From assembly GCA_965240325.2 (NCBI GenBank), contig OZ251231.1, positions 1,178,001 to 1,242,000 of the forward strand: 64,000 nt of DNA, given 5' to 3'. Under the pieces are notes generated by a model. That model made no database searches. It saw only the letters and a list, made by a program, of their open reading frames with translations, and was not told the DNA's origin. Both the position numbers and the translations under genes were made by a program. How positions within the stretch are numbered: the first letter of the stretch is position 1; every line of letters begins with the position of its first letter. Positions 54,465-64,000 of this stretch are shown here, piece after piece. Origin of the DNA: Rebecca billardiae RCC1528. Taxonomy: Eukaryota > Protista > Haptophyta.

Positions 54465-56174
54465 TCAGCGCCGGGCGCCGTGCCCTGCGGCCCGCTCACG
54501 CGGGCGGACCATGCGGATGGTCCCATCCGCATTGAGCTCAACGTGCTCATGATCGACGTCGTCTTCTTCGCGTCCTCCCGGCACATCGCCGGCAGCTCGA
54601 GCTCGGGCAACTTGGTCCGCGCCGCCCGCACCCATGCGGGCTGGCGACCCACTGGCAGCGCTGCCCTCAGAGTCGTGGTCTGAGCTGCGATGCGCTGAGG
54701 CGTCGGCACCGCTGCGTCCGCCCGCTGCGTCGTGGCCTGCCGACGACGAGCGCTGCCCTTGCTGCCCCAGCTCGGCGCGCTCGGCGCCGCCACGCCCGGA
54801 CACCCCGCCCCCCTCGTCCCCCGGCGGCGCGTCCCCCACGCGCACGTTGAAGTAGGCAAGGGCCGACCGCGCGCTGGCCAGCAGCTCGCGCAGCTGCTCG
54901 TTCTCGCGCTCGAGCCGCTCGAGCTCGGCGGCGCGCGCGTCGCCGAGCCGGACGGGAGGCGAGGACGCGGTCTCGCCGCTCGGCGGTGGTGGTGGTGGTG
55001 GTGGCGGCGGCGGCCCCACCGTGCCCGTCGCGTGCGCAGGCGCCCCGCCATCCCCGCCGTCGCAGTCCGACACCTTGGCGTCACCCACGGCGTGTACGAG
55101 CAATGGCCGCTCGCACGCGGCCGCTCGGCCGGTGGGCTGCGGGAGGTCGGCGTCGGGCGGCGGCGGCTCGGCCGCCGGCTGGGCTCCGTCGTCGTCGTAC
55201 GGGCACGCCACGAGCACGTCCGCGTGCGCCGTGCGCTGCAGCAGCAGCGCCTGCCCCGACGGGAGCTCGCCCGCCAGGCAGTAGGACGGCTCGCCCGAGT
55301 CATCCCAGCGCACTCGCACGACGCGCGCATCAGTGGCCGCGGAGTTGAAGAGCTGCACGTCGAGGAGCGCGCGAGCGGAGGCGTTGGCGCGAGGTGGCGG
55401 GCCGTGCTCCTCGGTGCCGTCCTCCGCCGCCTCCGCGCACGCGCGCGCGTCGCCGCCGGCCGACGCCGCGCTCGCCGCGGCGGCGTCGATCCCGAGCGCC
55501 CGCAGCTCGCGCGCGCACTCGCAGTCCTGCACGAGTGCGCGGCCGACCAGGTACTCGCGCACGACCTCGTCGCTCGGTGGCGGGCGGCGCACGCGCCACA
55601 GGGCGCCGTGGTACGTGAGCAGCTCGGCGCGCGCGCCCGGCAGCAGCGTGACGTAGTGGTGGTCGGCCGACCCGTCGTTCCAGTGAAGGTGCAGAGTGGA
55701 GCGCCCGCCCACGTGTAGAAAGCCGACCTTGTTCACGCGCGGCGTGGCCATGGGCGCGCGGTACGCCCACGACCAGCGCGGCGTGTTCGCGTCACTGCAC
55801 GCCAGCTGCGCGCCCGCACACTCGTGCGCCTCGCACCCCGCGGCCGGCGCCGAGCGATGCGCGGCGTCCGCTCGCACGTATGAGCGCCAGTGCGGGGACG
55901 GGAAGACAGGTGGCGGCTCCGTCGAGCGCGGCGCGAAGCGCTTGAGCTCGTACCAGCGCGGGCGGTCTGGGTCGAAGGTGAGCAACTCGGGCGCGGTGCC
56001 TTCCGGCGCATCGTCGACGCGCAGGGACAGCCCCGCGCACGGCCAGATCACGCCGCACTCGTCGATGGCCGCCTGCAGCGTGCCGTGGAACGATGAGCGC
56101 AGGTCGGTGAGGGGGGACGCGGCGAAGAAGCCGTGGACGAGCGTGAAGTTGATGAGGGCGCGAGAAGGAGGCAT
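54465..56174 (-). CDS. Protein with two VHL-beta-like domains and a short coiled coil
   Basis: VGFLH..LHLHW....Y.TLLPG....TY.G..WRVR and a second degenerate copy LFNS...VRW...GELPSG. Confidence 0.65.
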   Translation of the reverse strand: MPPSRALINFTLVHGFFAASPLTDLRSSFHGTLQAAIDECGVIWPCAGLSLRVDDAPEGTAPELLTFDPDRPRWYELKRFAPRSTEPPPVFPSPHWRSYVRADAAHRSAPAAGCEAHECAGAQLACSDANTPRWSWAYRAPMATPRVNKVGFLHVGGRSTLHLHWNDGSADHHYVTLLPGARAELLTYHGALWRVRRPPPSDEVVREYLVGRALVQDCECARELRALGIDAAAASAASAGGDARACAEAAEDGTEEHGPPPRANASARALLDVQLFNSAATDARVVRVRWDDSGEPSYCLAGELPSGQALLLQRTAHADVLVACPYDDDGAQPAAEPPPPDADLPQPTGRAAACERPLLVHAVGDAKVSDCDGGDGGAPAHATGTVGPPPPPPPPPPPSGETASSPPVRLGDARAAELERLERENEQLRELLASARSALAYFNVRVGDAPPGDEGGGVSGRGGAERAELGQQGQRSSSAGHDAAGGRSGADASAHRSSDHDSEGSAASGSPARMGAGGADQVARARAAGDVPGGREEDDVDHEHVELNADGTIRMVRPRERAAGHGARR

Positions 56175-56349
56175 CGTTCAGCCCGAGGCTCCGCACGCGC
56201 CGGCGAGAGCGCCACAGCCCGAGAACGAGAGCTTGCTCACTTGGTGGAGCCAACACGACGACGCGCCTCCGCCATCGTCATCAACTCATCCGCCGTGTAC
56301 AAATCGCGCGGCATTTTGGCGCAGTCTTACCCCCCCCCCCCCATACGTA

Positions 56350-56395
56350 ATCTCGCCTGCCTGAGCTGTGTGCGTCTCTTATTCTTAGTAAACTG
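56350..56395 (-). repeat. Dispersed 46-bp terminus repeat (reverse)
   Basis: Exact reverse-complement copy followed by TA. Confidence 0.92.
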
Positions 56396-56488
56396 TAGTG
56401 CTGATTTCACCTCGTCTGCGCTGATTTCACCTCCGCGCTCCACCACGCCAGTGCTTCCGCCGCGCGACGAAACGAGTGCGTCCAGGCT

Positions 56489-57412
56489 GTGGAGTGGTGC
56501 GCCGCGCACAAGCTGGCCGGCATGGTCGACGTGTGGACCCGCAGGTGCGATGAGGCTGGCTGCACAAAGAGGCCATTGTTTGGCATGCCGGGTGATGCGC
56601 GCGGCAGCCGGTGCGCTGCGCACAAGCTGGCCGGCATGGTCGACGTGGTGAACCGCCGCAAGTGCGATGAGGCTGGCTGCACAAAGAGGCCAGTCTTTGG
56701 CATGCCGGGTGATGCGCGCGGCAGCCGGTGTGCAGCGCACAAGCTGGCCGGCATGGTCGACGTGGTGAGCCGCAAGTGCGATGAGGCTGGCTGCACAAAG
56801 AGGCCAGTCTTTGGCATGCCGGGTGATGCGCGCGGCAGCCGGTGCGCCGCGCACAAGCTGGCCGGCATGGTCGACGTGTGGACCCGCAGGTGCGATGAGG
56901 CTGGCTGCACAAAGCGTCCATTGTTTGGCATGCCGGGTGATGCGCGTGCCAGCCGGTGCGCCGCGCACAAGCTGGCCGGCATGGTCGACGTGGCATTGCA
57001 CAAGCTCACAGGCATGCTTCCGCTGTCGCATGGCAACAAGAGAGATCACGTGGCCAATGGCTCTCCCTCAATGCCCGCCCAGATCGGGCGCAGCAAACGC
57101 CCCCGTACACATGACTGCGATGCCGATGGACATACACGTGCTGCGCGTGCAAGGACCAGCATTGGAAGGCTGCCTGCCAATGCCACGACGGCCGAGCTAC
57201 AAGTCGAGCACACTGTGTCTCCAATGCTACCCATTGTCGTGGCCGTGGGCGAGGTTGAATGCATTTCCTCGGGCTCGGGCTCGGGCTCGATGCTGCTGTC
57301 GTTGGCGGCTCACCATCAACCTCGTCGGGATCTAGTGTCACAGGTGCTCGTCCCGCTGGCACCAGAGCTGCCTGTGGTTTCTGCTGGTCAGATCGAGTTT
57401 CGGCTACTCTGA
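56489..57412 (+). CDS. EsV-1-7-type Cys/His repeat protein (4 full ~38-aa repeats; 5' end uncertain, first ATG 56522)
   Basis: Repeat RCDEAGCTKRPxFGMPGDARGSRCAAHKLAGMVDV matches the EsV-1-7 C-C-C-H pattern; ~114-bp DNA tandem repeat 56498-56992. Confidence 0.75.
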   Translation: MEWCAAHKLAGMVDVWTRRCDEAGCTKRPLFGMPGDARGSRCAAHKLAGMVDVVNRRKCDEAGCTKRPVFGMPGDARGSRCAAHKLAGMVDVVSRKCDEAGCTKRPVFGMPGDARGSRCAAHKLAGMVDVWTRRCDEAGCTKRPLFGMPGDARASRCAAHKLAGMVDVALHKLTGMLPLSHGNKRDHVANGSPSMPAQIGRSKRPRTHDCDADGHTRAARARTSIGRLPANATTAELQVEHTVSPMLPIVVAVGEVECISSGSGSGSMLLSLAAHHQPRRDLVSQVLVPLAPELPVVSAGQIEFRLL

Positions 57413-58105
57413 CTCACTGAGGCTCATCAGGCGAATACGACACCAGATCGATCGATTATGATTGATGATATATCATTACGGGCGGGCTGCCGCGGGCGGT
57501 GCGCGGGCGCGGATGGGGATCACAGTCCGGGCAACGGTGTCAAGCTGGGTCTGCGGAAGTAACTTACCCGCGGCCGCAGGCGCATAGACTGATATTAGAT
57601 ATATTAGATATATATATATATATATATTATAGAGAGAGAATGCCGGCCACGTATGTCACGTATGAAATAATGAAATCTGAATGACTTATTCGGCCCGCCT
57701 GATCGGCATCGGCACAGCCGCCTATATATAACTATATATACTCTACTTGAGTAAACTCGGTGTCACGGCCGCCACGACTATAGAGTATACGGCTTATACG
57801 TACTTACTCAGTAGTTACGTTCCGGTTTTAAACTCTTAGGTAGACTAGTTATTTTGTCTAGTACTGAGTCAGTAGTAGTACTAGTAAGTAGTAGCGGTTA
57901 TAGCTACGCCTACGGTCTACCGGGGGAACTCGAGTAGGCTAGGAGCCAGTGTGATATAAGCCTTTTATGTTATTTTGGAATAAGGGTCGTGCTTTTACGA
58001 GATGATCCGTGATCGAGTTGAATCGTCACGACGGCAGAATCGTCGTCCGAGACTGAGCCGCCTGAGACGGTCGTCGCCTCGCTTGATGGCTGGAATAACT
58101 GGCAC

Positions 58106-58810
58106 CTACTCCAGTGACGACCATGACTTGGCGTCTCCGGCGCCGATGCGCTCGATCTCGAGATGAAAGTCCCCCGCGACGCCCTCGGCCCAGACACCCA
58201 CCTGCGAGATGGAGCGCAGGTTGTGGGCCGTCACGCACACCTCCTCGTGCGCCTCGTCGCAGCACCTGTGCGACTGCCCCGTCGGGTCCAACGTGTCGCA
58301 ATCTCCCGTGAACGGGCTCCAGTCGTTGGAGAAGTTCGGCCTGAACGGTATGGCAACCGTCTGCCAATCGCGCGTGGGCTGCAGCTTGAACCTGGCCTTG
58401 TACGACATGAACTGAGGGTTGAGCGTGTTCGCGGCGAAGGCGACTTTCCAGCCCTTGTACGCCGGCGTGGAGGAACGCACGCGCAAGAGCAGGTGCGAGA
58501 ACGGCGAAGCGTCGTTGAAGCGCGCCGTGATGCCGAAACCGTCGGAGGTGGCGGCCGTACAGAAGCCAGGCGCCTTGAGCGACGGCACGATCGCGACCGT
58601 GCCATTGAAGACAGCCACCTTGCGCGACAGCTCCACCGAGAAAGACGAGGTAGAGAGGCCACCCATCACGGGGTCATTCGTCAGCCGCCAATGCCACGTA
58701 GTGCCTTCTGCGCCGTCGAAGGAGGCCAGGGTCGCGCCAAACCGCGGCTCTGCGCCGACCCCCCACGCGAGAAGCAGAGGCATCATTATCGATGAGCGAG
58801 ACGCCGCCAT
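58106..58810 (-). CDS. CIA30 (NDUFAF1-like) domain protein with signal peptide
   Basis: WRLTNDPVMGGLS, PGF, WQTVAIPF, GDFHLEI. Confidence 0.85.
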   Translation of the reverse strand: MAASRSSIMMPLLLAWGVGAEPRFGATLASFDGAEGTTWHWRLTNDPVMGGLSTSSFSVELSRKVAVFNGTVAIVPSLKAPGFCTAATSDGFGITARFNDASPFSHLLLRVRSSTPAYKGWKVAFAANTLNPQFMSYKARFKLQPTRDWQTVAIPFRPNFSNDWSPFTGDCDTLDPTGQSHRCCDEAHEEVCVTAHNLRSISQVGVWAEGVAGDFHLEIERIGAGDAKSWSSLE

Positions 58811-59032
58811 GCTTTGCGATCGCGCGCTCGCCGTCGATGAGTTCGCACGCCGGTCATGGTTTCACGCCCACTCCGCTCCGGACTTCCGGAGGCGCGGCCC
58901 GAACCGGTTATTACCCGGGCGCTTCGGCGCGGAAGGGCGGGATCCAGCGACCTTCGAGAGACTTCATCACCCACCGCGCCCCGTCAACCGGTCATCACCG
59001 GCGTGCACGCCCGACACCTTCCAGAACGCGCC

Positions 59033-59685
59033 ATGCTCGCCGTGCTCTTCGCCGTCCACGCGTTCGCGGGCCCGTGCACTGTCCCACAGCGGTTGGCTAG
59101 GACGGCTGTGACGCACCCGAGCGCTGGTTTGATCACCATGGGCTGTGCGTCGCTCGCGCCTTTTGGCCGATGCGCGCGCGCGCGCGCGCTCTCCCGCTGA
59201 CCGCTCCCACGCAATGCGCGTTGCGACCACCCGGCGCAGATGTGCCTGATGGCATGACAAAAGAGCAGTACGAACAGATGAAGGCGAAGGAGCGGGCACG
59301 GAAGGGCAACCTGGGTGTCTTTGGCGTGACCACGTTCAAGTCGCGCGAGCTGGACGCCCGTGCGGCGGATGAGGCCAAGGCGCAGGGCACCCCCAAGCGG
59401 TACCGCTTCCCGGATAAGGAGTCGGGTAACAAGAACAACTACGTGCGCCGCGCTGGTGGTCGCGAGGCGTTCCGCTCGTCGCAGGAGTTCGCGCAGCTGC
59501 AGCGCGAGCGTGAGGCCGAGCTGCAGCGCAAGCGCGCCGAGTCGGCAAAGGTCACGGGTGCATCGGGCGGCGTCATGAACTTCGGCATGAACTTTGGCAA
59601 GAAGCCGAAGGCGACTCAGGCTGCCCCGCCAGCTAAGAAGCCCGCGGGCGGCAACCTCTTCGGCGGCCTCTTCGGTAAGAAGTGA
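59033..59685 (+). CDS. Small plastid-targeted hypothetical protein; exons 59033-59144 and 59240-59685
   Basis: Bipartite presequence MLAVLFAVHAF...; GT-AG splicing yields MGYVPDGMTKEQY; C-terminal FGGLFGKK. Confidence 0.75.
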
Positions 59686-60224
59686 GCTCTCGTCCGCCCG
59701 GCATCGGCGCCGCATTATTTACCGCGGTCACTATTCAGATGTCGCCCGTACAGTAAGTTTTGAACGCTTTTTTATAGATGCGCTGATATCGAATTCGATC
59801 GATGACGATGATCGATTGATGACGAGTCATGCTTCATATGGAAAAAAAGCTAAAATTTCGACGATCTATAATTAATTAATAAATAACGAGTGTATATTTT
59901 ATTTGTATATTCAGCTAATTATAAGCTGTGTCTGAAGTGTGTACCGCGACACATCTGACTAAACAGTACAATTTAAGTAAAATAACTGATGAGGCTTCTC
60001 TCGGCGGAGCAAACAAAACGTCGACACGCGGGTAGTGCTCTGGCACAGCGTAAAAGAGCCTCGCGGCGTCGCGCCAGGCGAGAGGTGGGAGCGTGTCCGA
60101 CGAGACACACGCCGCTGCCACTCGCCAGTGTCAGTGCCACGGCCGGCGCCGTGTCAGGCGCGCAGGCGGGCGGAGTCCGGCAGGCACTGCAGAGAGCGGC
60201 GGCGGCGGGTGTGGGGTGTGGTGC

Positions 60225-61079
60225 TTAATAGACGGACGTGAAGCCGCTGAGCGACATGTTCTCCGCGTCACCGCGCGCGCTCGAGCCCGTGCCCGCGCCC
60301 AGCACGCTGCCCGCCTCGGAGAGCGTGCGCGCGCGGAGGCCCGGCTTACCGCCGAGGCCGAGAGCGTGCTGCAGCGCGACGTTCGCGTGCTGCTTCCGCT
60401 GCTGCTCTGAGCGGAAGAGCGTGGCGGCGGTCTTGGCGCGGTTGAGCAGAGGCTTGCGGTCCGCGGCCGTGATCGCCGTGCTCGGCGCCGGCATCGATCG
60501 GCGCAGCGAGCCCGGCACGGACGCCGCGGGCGCGCGCGGGGCGGCGGCGTCGGCCTTCTCAGGCACCTCGGCCTGCCAGAACCTCATGGTCGCGCGCAGG
60601 GCGCGCTCGTTGGCCGACGCCGCGAGCTTCTTGGCGAGGGCGGCCTCGATGATCGCCGTCTCCGCGCGCGACGCGTCGAGCTCGCGCGCGAGCTCCTCGA
60701 CCTTCACGTCTGCGCTGAACGCGCGCGCGTCGACGGCTGAGTTCCAGAGGCAGGCGAGCGCTGGCGCGAGGAAGGCGACCAGCTCGGGCGAGGAGGAGAT
60801 GGTGGGGTGATCGAAGCACGACTTGAGGAAGCGATCGAGGCCCTCCTTGCGGTCGACGAGGAACACGCGGTCGTGCTTGTCGGCGAGGTGGAAGCGCGGC
60901 GGCATGCCCGGAAGCTGCGCGTGTTCGCGGCCGAGCGCTTCCCGCAGCGCGTGGAACTGGGAGTAGCGCTTGGTGATCGTCGCCTCCTCGCCATCCCAGA
61001 CAGTCTTGATCACGTACAACACCGGGTCGCTGCGCGCGTCGACCGCGCTCACCGACGCTTCGATCGGGAAGGGGAACAT
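60225..61079 (-). CDS. PX (phox homology) domain protein
   Basis: KRYSQFHALREAL...LPGMPP...FLVDRKEGLDRFL...LVAFL. Confidence 0.9.
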   Translation of the reverse strand: MFPFPIEASVSAVDARSDPVLYVIKTVWDGEEATITKRYSQFHALREALGREHAQLPGMPPRFHLADKHDRVFLVDRKEGLDRFLKSCFDHPTISSSPELVAFLAPALACLWNSAVDARAFSADVKVEELARELDASRAETAIIEAALAKKLAASANERALRATMRFWQAEVPEKADAAAPRAPAASVPGSLRRSMPAPSTAITAADRKPLLNRAKTAATLFRSEQQRKQHANVALQHALGLGGKPGLRARTLSEAGSVLGAGTGSSARGDAENMSLSGFTSVY

Positions 61080-61704
61080 TGCTGCTCGCGCGTGGACGCC
61101 GCCGGGTCGCGGTCACACGTCCTAAGGTGGTTGGGTTGCGTCGCGTCCAGACCGTGACTCAAAACCCGGCAATCGGAGCGTTTCTGATGGAAAGCGCCCG
61201 CATGCAAAACGCTCGTCAATGCACCAGCTCGAGCCTGACTTTGATTGGCTGGGAGAATCTGAGTATCTGACGAACGTCGGAGGACTGGTGCACGCGCGTT
61301 TCATCGGAGAGATTCTCACGGGGCGGGGCCCGGTCCAAAATCACAGGTGATGAACAGCAATCCATGGCCGACCAAGGCCGACCGACTCGGACCGGCGCCG
61401 GTCGTGGCTGGCGATGACGACCCGAGTCATGACGCGGGACATGATTCGTGGCGAGACATCAGGTGCTACGCGGCGAAATCACGCCGGCTATTGCCCACGG
61501 TGGGGCAGTGCTCCGCACTCCAGAAGCTCGGTGCATGATGAGTGCATCGTCGACGCGCGCGGACCTGACTCGGCCGGTGGCACGGTGGCACCGACTCAGT
61601 CACAGTGACTCCGGGTACGGTCTACGGATACGGGATAACGGACCGTTATAGACTAGTGTATCAGTCAATTTGGCTGAAGTATTTCACCGCCGGAGCCCCG
61701 CGCC

Positions 61705-64000
61705 TAGGGGGGCCAAAGTGGCACTGTGACGTGACTGACGGTAGGGGGGCCAAAGTGGCACTGTGACGTGACTGACGGCTACGAGCGCTGGTCCTAGCGA
61801 GTGTTTAGCGCTGAATTGGGGCTGGATCATATGCCCTCTGGAGGGGTCTGGGCCAGCCAAGTAAAAAAAGCAGGTGCACATACCCTGAATATAGGGCGTA
61901 ACGGCTAGCATATTTACTTATTAGAATGAGCCTGAACTTATTGGAAACGGCATGTAACGGCTGTCTTATATGTGACATATAGACCATGTCGACTTCACTT
62001 TGATAGAGCATCTCGGCGAGATCGTTCTGAGTCCCCAGCAGCAGCAGGTCCCAACATGCGATATAAGCTGTGTACTGGCAGGCTGTCAAACACGTAGTTT
62101 CCCGGAAGCCACTGGTCGTTACATACCCACCGTGTATATAGACGCCATTCTGATGAATACAGTCTCGTCTGATCTCGAGCCGCGAGATACGTTTTCAGAC
62201 TGTGTATACGGCCACGCGTACGGCGTATTGCAGACATAGTAGACCCAAAGCACCGGCCCCATGTCCTCAGCCCGGGAGTACTCTCGGTCATAATCAAGGT
62301 TTAAAGTCACTCGAGCCAACCGTCACCGCTCCATGGCCGAGACCTACGAGGCAGGTCAAATCTGTCGTCATCGCAGTGCGGCACAGTGCCGAGCATGCGA
62401 TTCGGCAGCAAACGCCTGCTCCAGGTGGTGGCTGGCGTCTCTGCACCAAACCAGGCCGGATGGGATCGGTCCATATATGTACGCCCTACCCTGTTCCGCG
62501 CTATTTCTGGGCGTTGGGGCGGATATTCGGCCTACAGAGGCTGATCCGGCGCTGTTCGGCGCTCCTGGCTGGCTGCGCGGAGCCCAATGGCAAGCGCCGG
62601 CGTGTGCAAGGTGTCAAGATTGAGACGATCTCTGACGCTCCCGCCGGTCTTGGGCGCACCACGTGCATGGAGGCCCATCTGCGTCTGCTTCTGCAGGCAT
62701 GCGCGTCACAGGGGCGCGCTTGTAGGCACGGTCGAGTGCACGTCGGAGGCCTGTCGAATGAGCCAACCGCTGCCTGCGAGCACGTCCGCAACGTCCTGAG
62801 AGGCGAATGGGAGGCGCCCCGACGCCATCTGGGGGCACGCATGACCCATACCCAACGTGCTGACCATCGCCAGTGCCACGGCAGGTGCAAACACGGGCCC
62901 TACGAGCGGAACATGACAGTTGCGGGCTCCGCGGAGGTGTTGCGCGCGAGCTCGCGCAGGTCTGCTGACGGCGATTCCGGCGCAGCAGGGCAGGTTAGGC
63001 GAGCTGGGCATCCACGGATACACATGAACACTCGGGGCGAGCATCGATCTCCCCGGGGCGAGTTGATCTTGAGCCACAAGGAGCGGTAGCGTGACGGGCG
63101 TACGCAGCGCACCAATTCAAGCCGGCCGACGCGCGCCGCGCACGGCGCGAGGTGGCCAAGAACCGGGTGGTGAGCCGCTGGTGGCGCAAAGACAAGGGTC
63201 AGAAGCGCCCACCAGCGTCACGCGCGCGCGCTCCCGAGACCATATCGGCGTCTCATGGGACGCGAGCGCGCGGCGGTCCACTGCCTCCGGCCGCTCGTGC
63301 TCGAGCGGAACCGAGCTCTGAGCGCCCGAACGCGTCGGAGCTCGATTTTCGAGCGGGGTCCGAGAAAAGGGCTCCGCGCCACCCTAAAAGGCCGAGGGAG
63401 GAGCGAAAATGCGCCGCGGCTTTGATTTTCTTTTTTTAATGAGCGGTTTGGCCCCCCTACTGACGGCTACGAGCGCTGGTCCTAGCGAGTGTTTAGCGCT
63501 GAATTGGGGCTGGATCATATGCCCTCTGGAGGGGTCTGGGCCAGCCAAGTAAAAAAATCAGGTGCACATACCCTGAATATAGGGCGTAACGGCTAGCATA
63601 TTTACTTATTAGAATGAGCCTGAACTTATTGGAAACGGCATGTAACGGCTGTCTTATATGTGACATATAGACCATGTCGACTTCACTTTGATAGAGCATC
63701 TCGGCGAGATCGTTCTGAGTCCCCAGCAGCAGCAGGTCCCAACATGCGATATAGGCTGTGTACTGGCAGGCTGTCAAACACGTAGTTTCCCGGAAGCCAC
63801 TCTGGTCGTTACATACCCACCGTGTATATAGACGCCATGCTGATGAATACAGTCTCGTCTGATCTCGAGCCGCGAGATACGTTTTCAGACTGTGTATACG
63901 GCCATGCGTACGGCGTATTGCAGACATAGTAGACCCAAAGCACCGGCCCCATGTCCTCAGCTCGGGAGTACTCTCGGTCATAATCAAGGTTTAAAGTCAC
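61705..64000. mobile_element. Outer (host) copy of the same transposon, split by the nested insertion and running off the window
   Basis: Left end at 61705-61741; continuation 63460-64000 is near-identical to 61772-62310. Confidence 0.85.
61742..63459. mobile_element. Complete ~1.7-kb non-autonomous TIR transposon (hAT-like termini) inserted into another copy of itself
   Basis: TIR TAGGGGGGCCAAA...TTTGGCCCCCCTA; TSD CTGACGG at 61735-61741 and 63460-63466. Confidence 0.85.

Noticed and set aside
61771-64000. LTR pair interpretation of the 540-bp direct repeat
   Set aside because: Better explained by nested self-insertion of a TIR element with a TSD

Overview
GC-rich eukaryotic genomic DNA with short GC-rich GT-AG introns, TA microsatellites and AT-rich intergenic spacers. 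Gene content and bipartite plastid-type presequences suggest a haptophyte-like alga (inference only). The left end is the 5' part of a Ty1/copia retrotransposon whose polyprotein carries an unexpected MYND-type zinc finger. About 20 protein-coding genes follow: a plastid-type bestrophin, an 8-TM microbial rhodopsin fused to histidine kinase-receiver-Hpt-Hpt, a six-exon nucleoside hydrolase-TM-TIR-like fusion, sialidase, EME1-like protein, ATP-grasp and methyltransferase genes, TPR-F-box-WD40, a tandem telobox-Myb protein with a C-terminal HNH-type motif, two LRR genes (one TIR-like+LRR with one repeat per 84-bp exon), BSD, sulfotransferase-like, VHL-beta-like, EsV-1-7-repeat, CIA30 and PX proteins. 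Non-autonomous DNA transposons are common: a dispersed 46-bp TA-bounded terminus, a 38-bp micro-element, a composite A-B-A element and a self-nested element. There is also a five-copy hairpin array with compensatory substitutions. The strongest candidates for undescribed biology are the rhodopsin phosphorelay, the nucleoside hydrolase-TM-TIR fusion, the telobox-HNH protein, the MYND-bearing copia and the covarying hairpin array. All domain calls come from motif recognition by eye; no searches were run.
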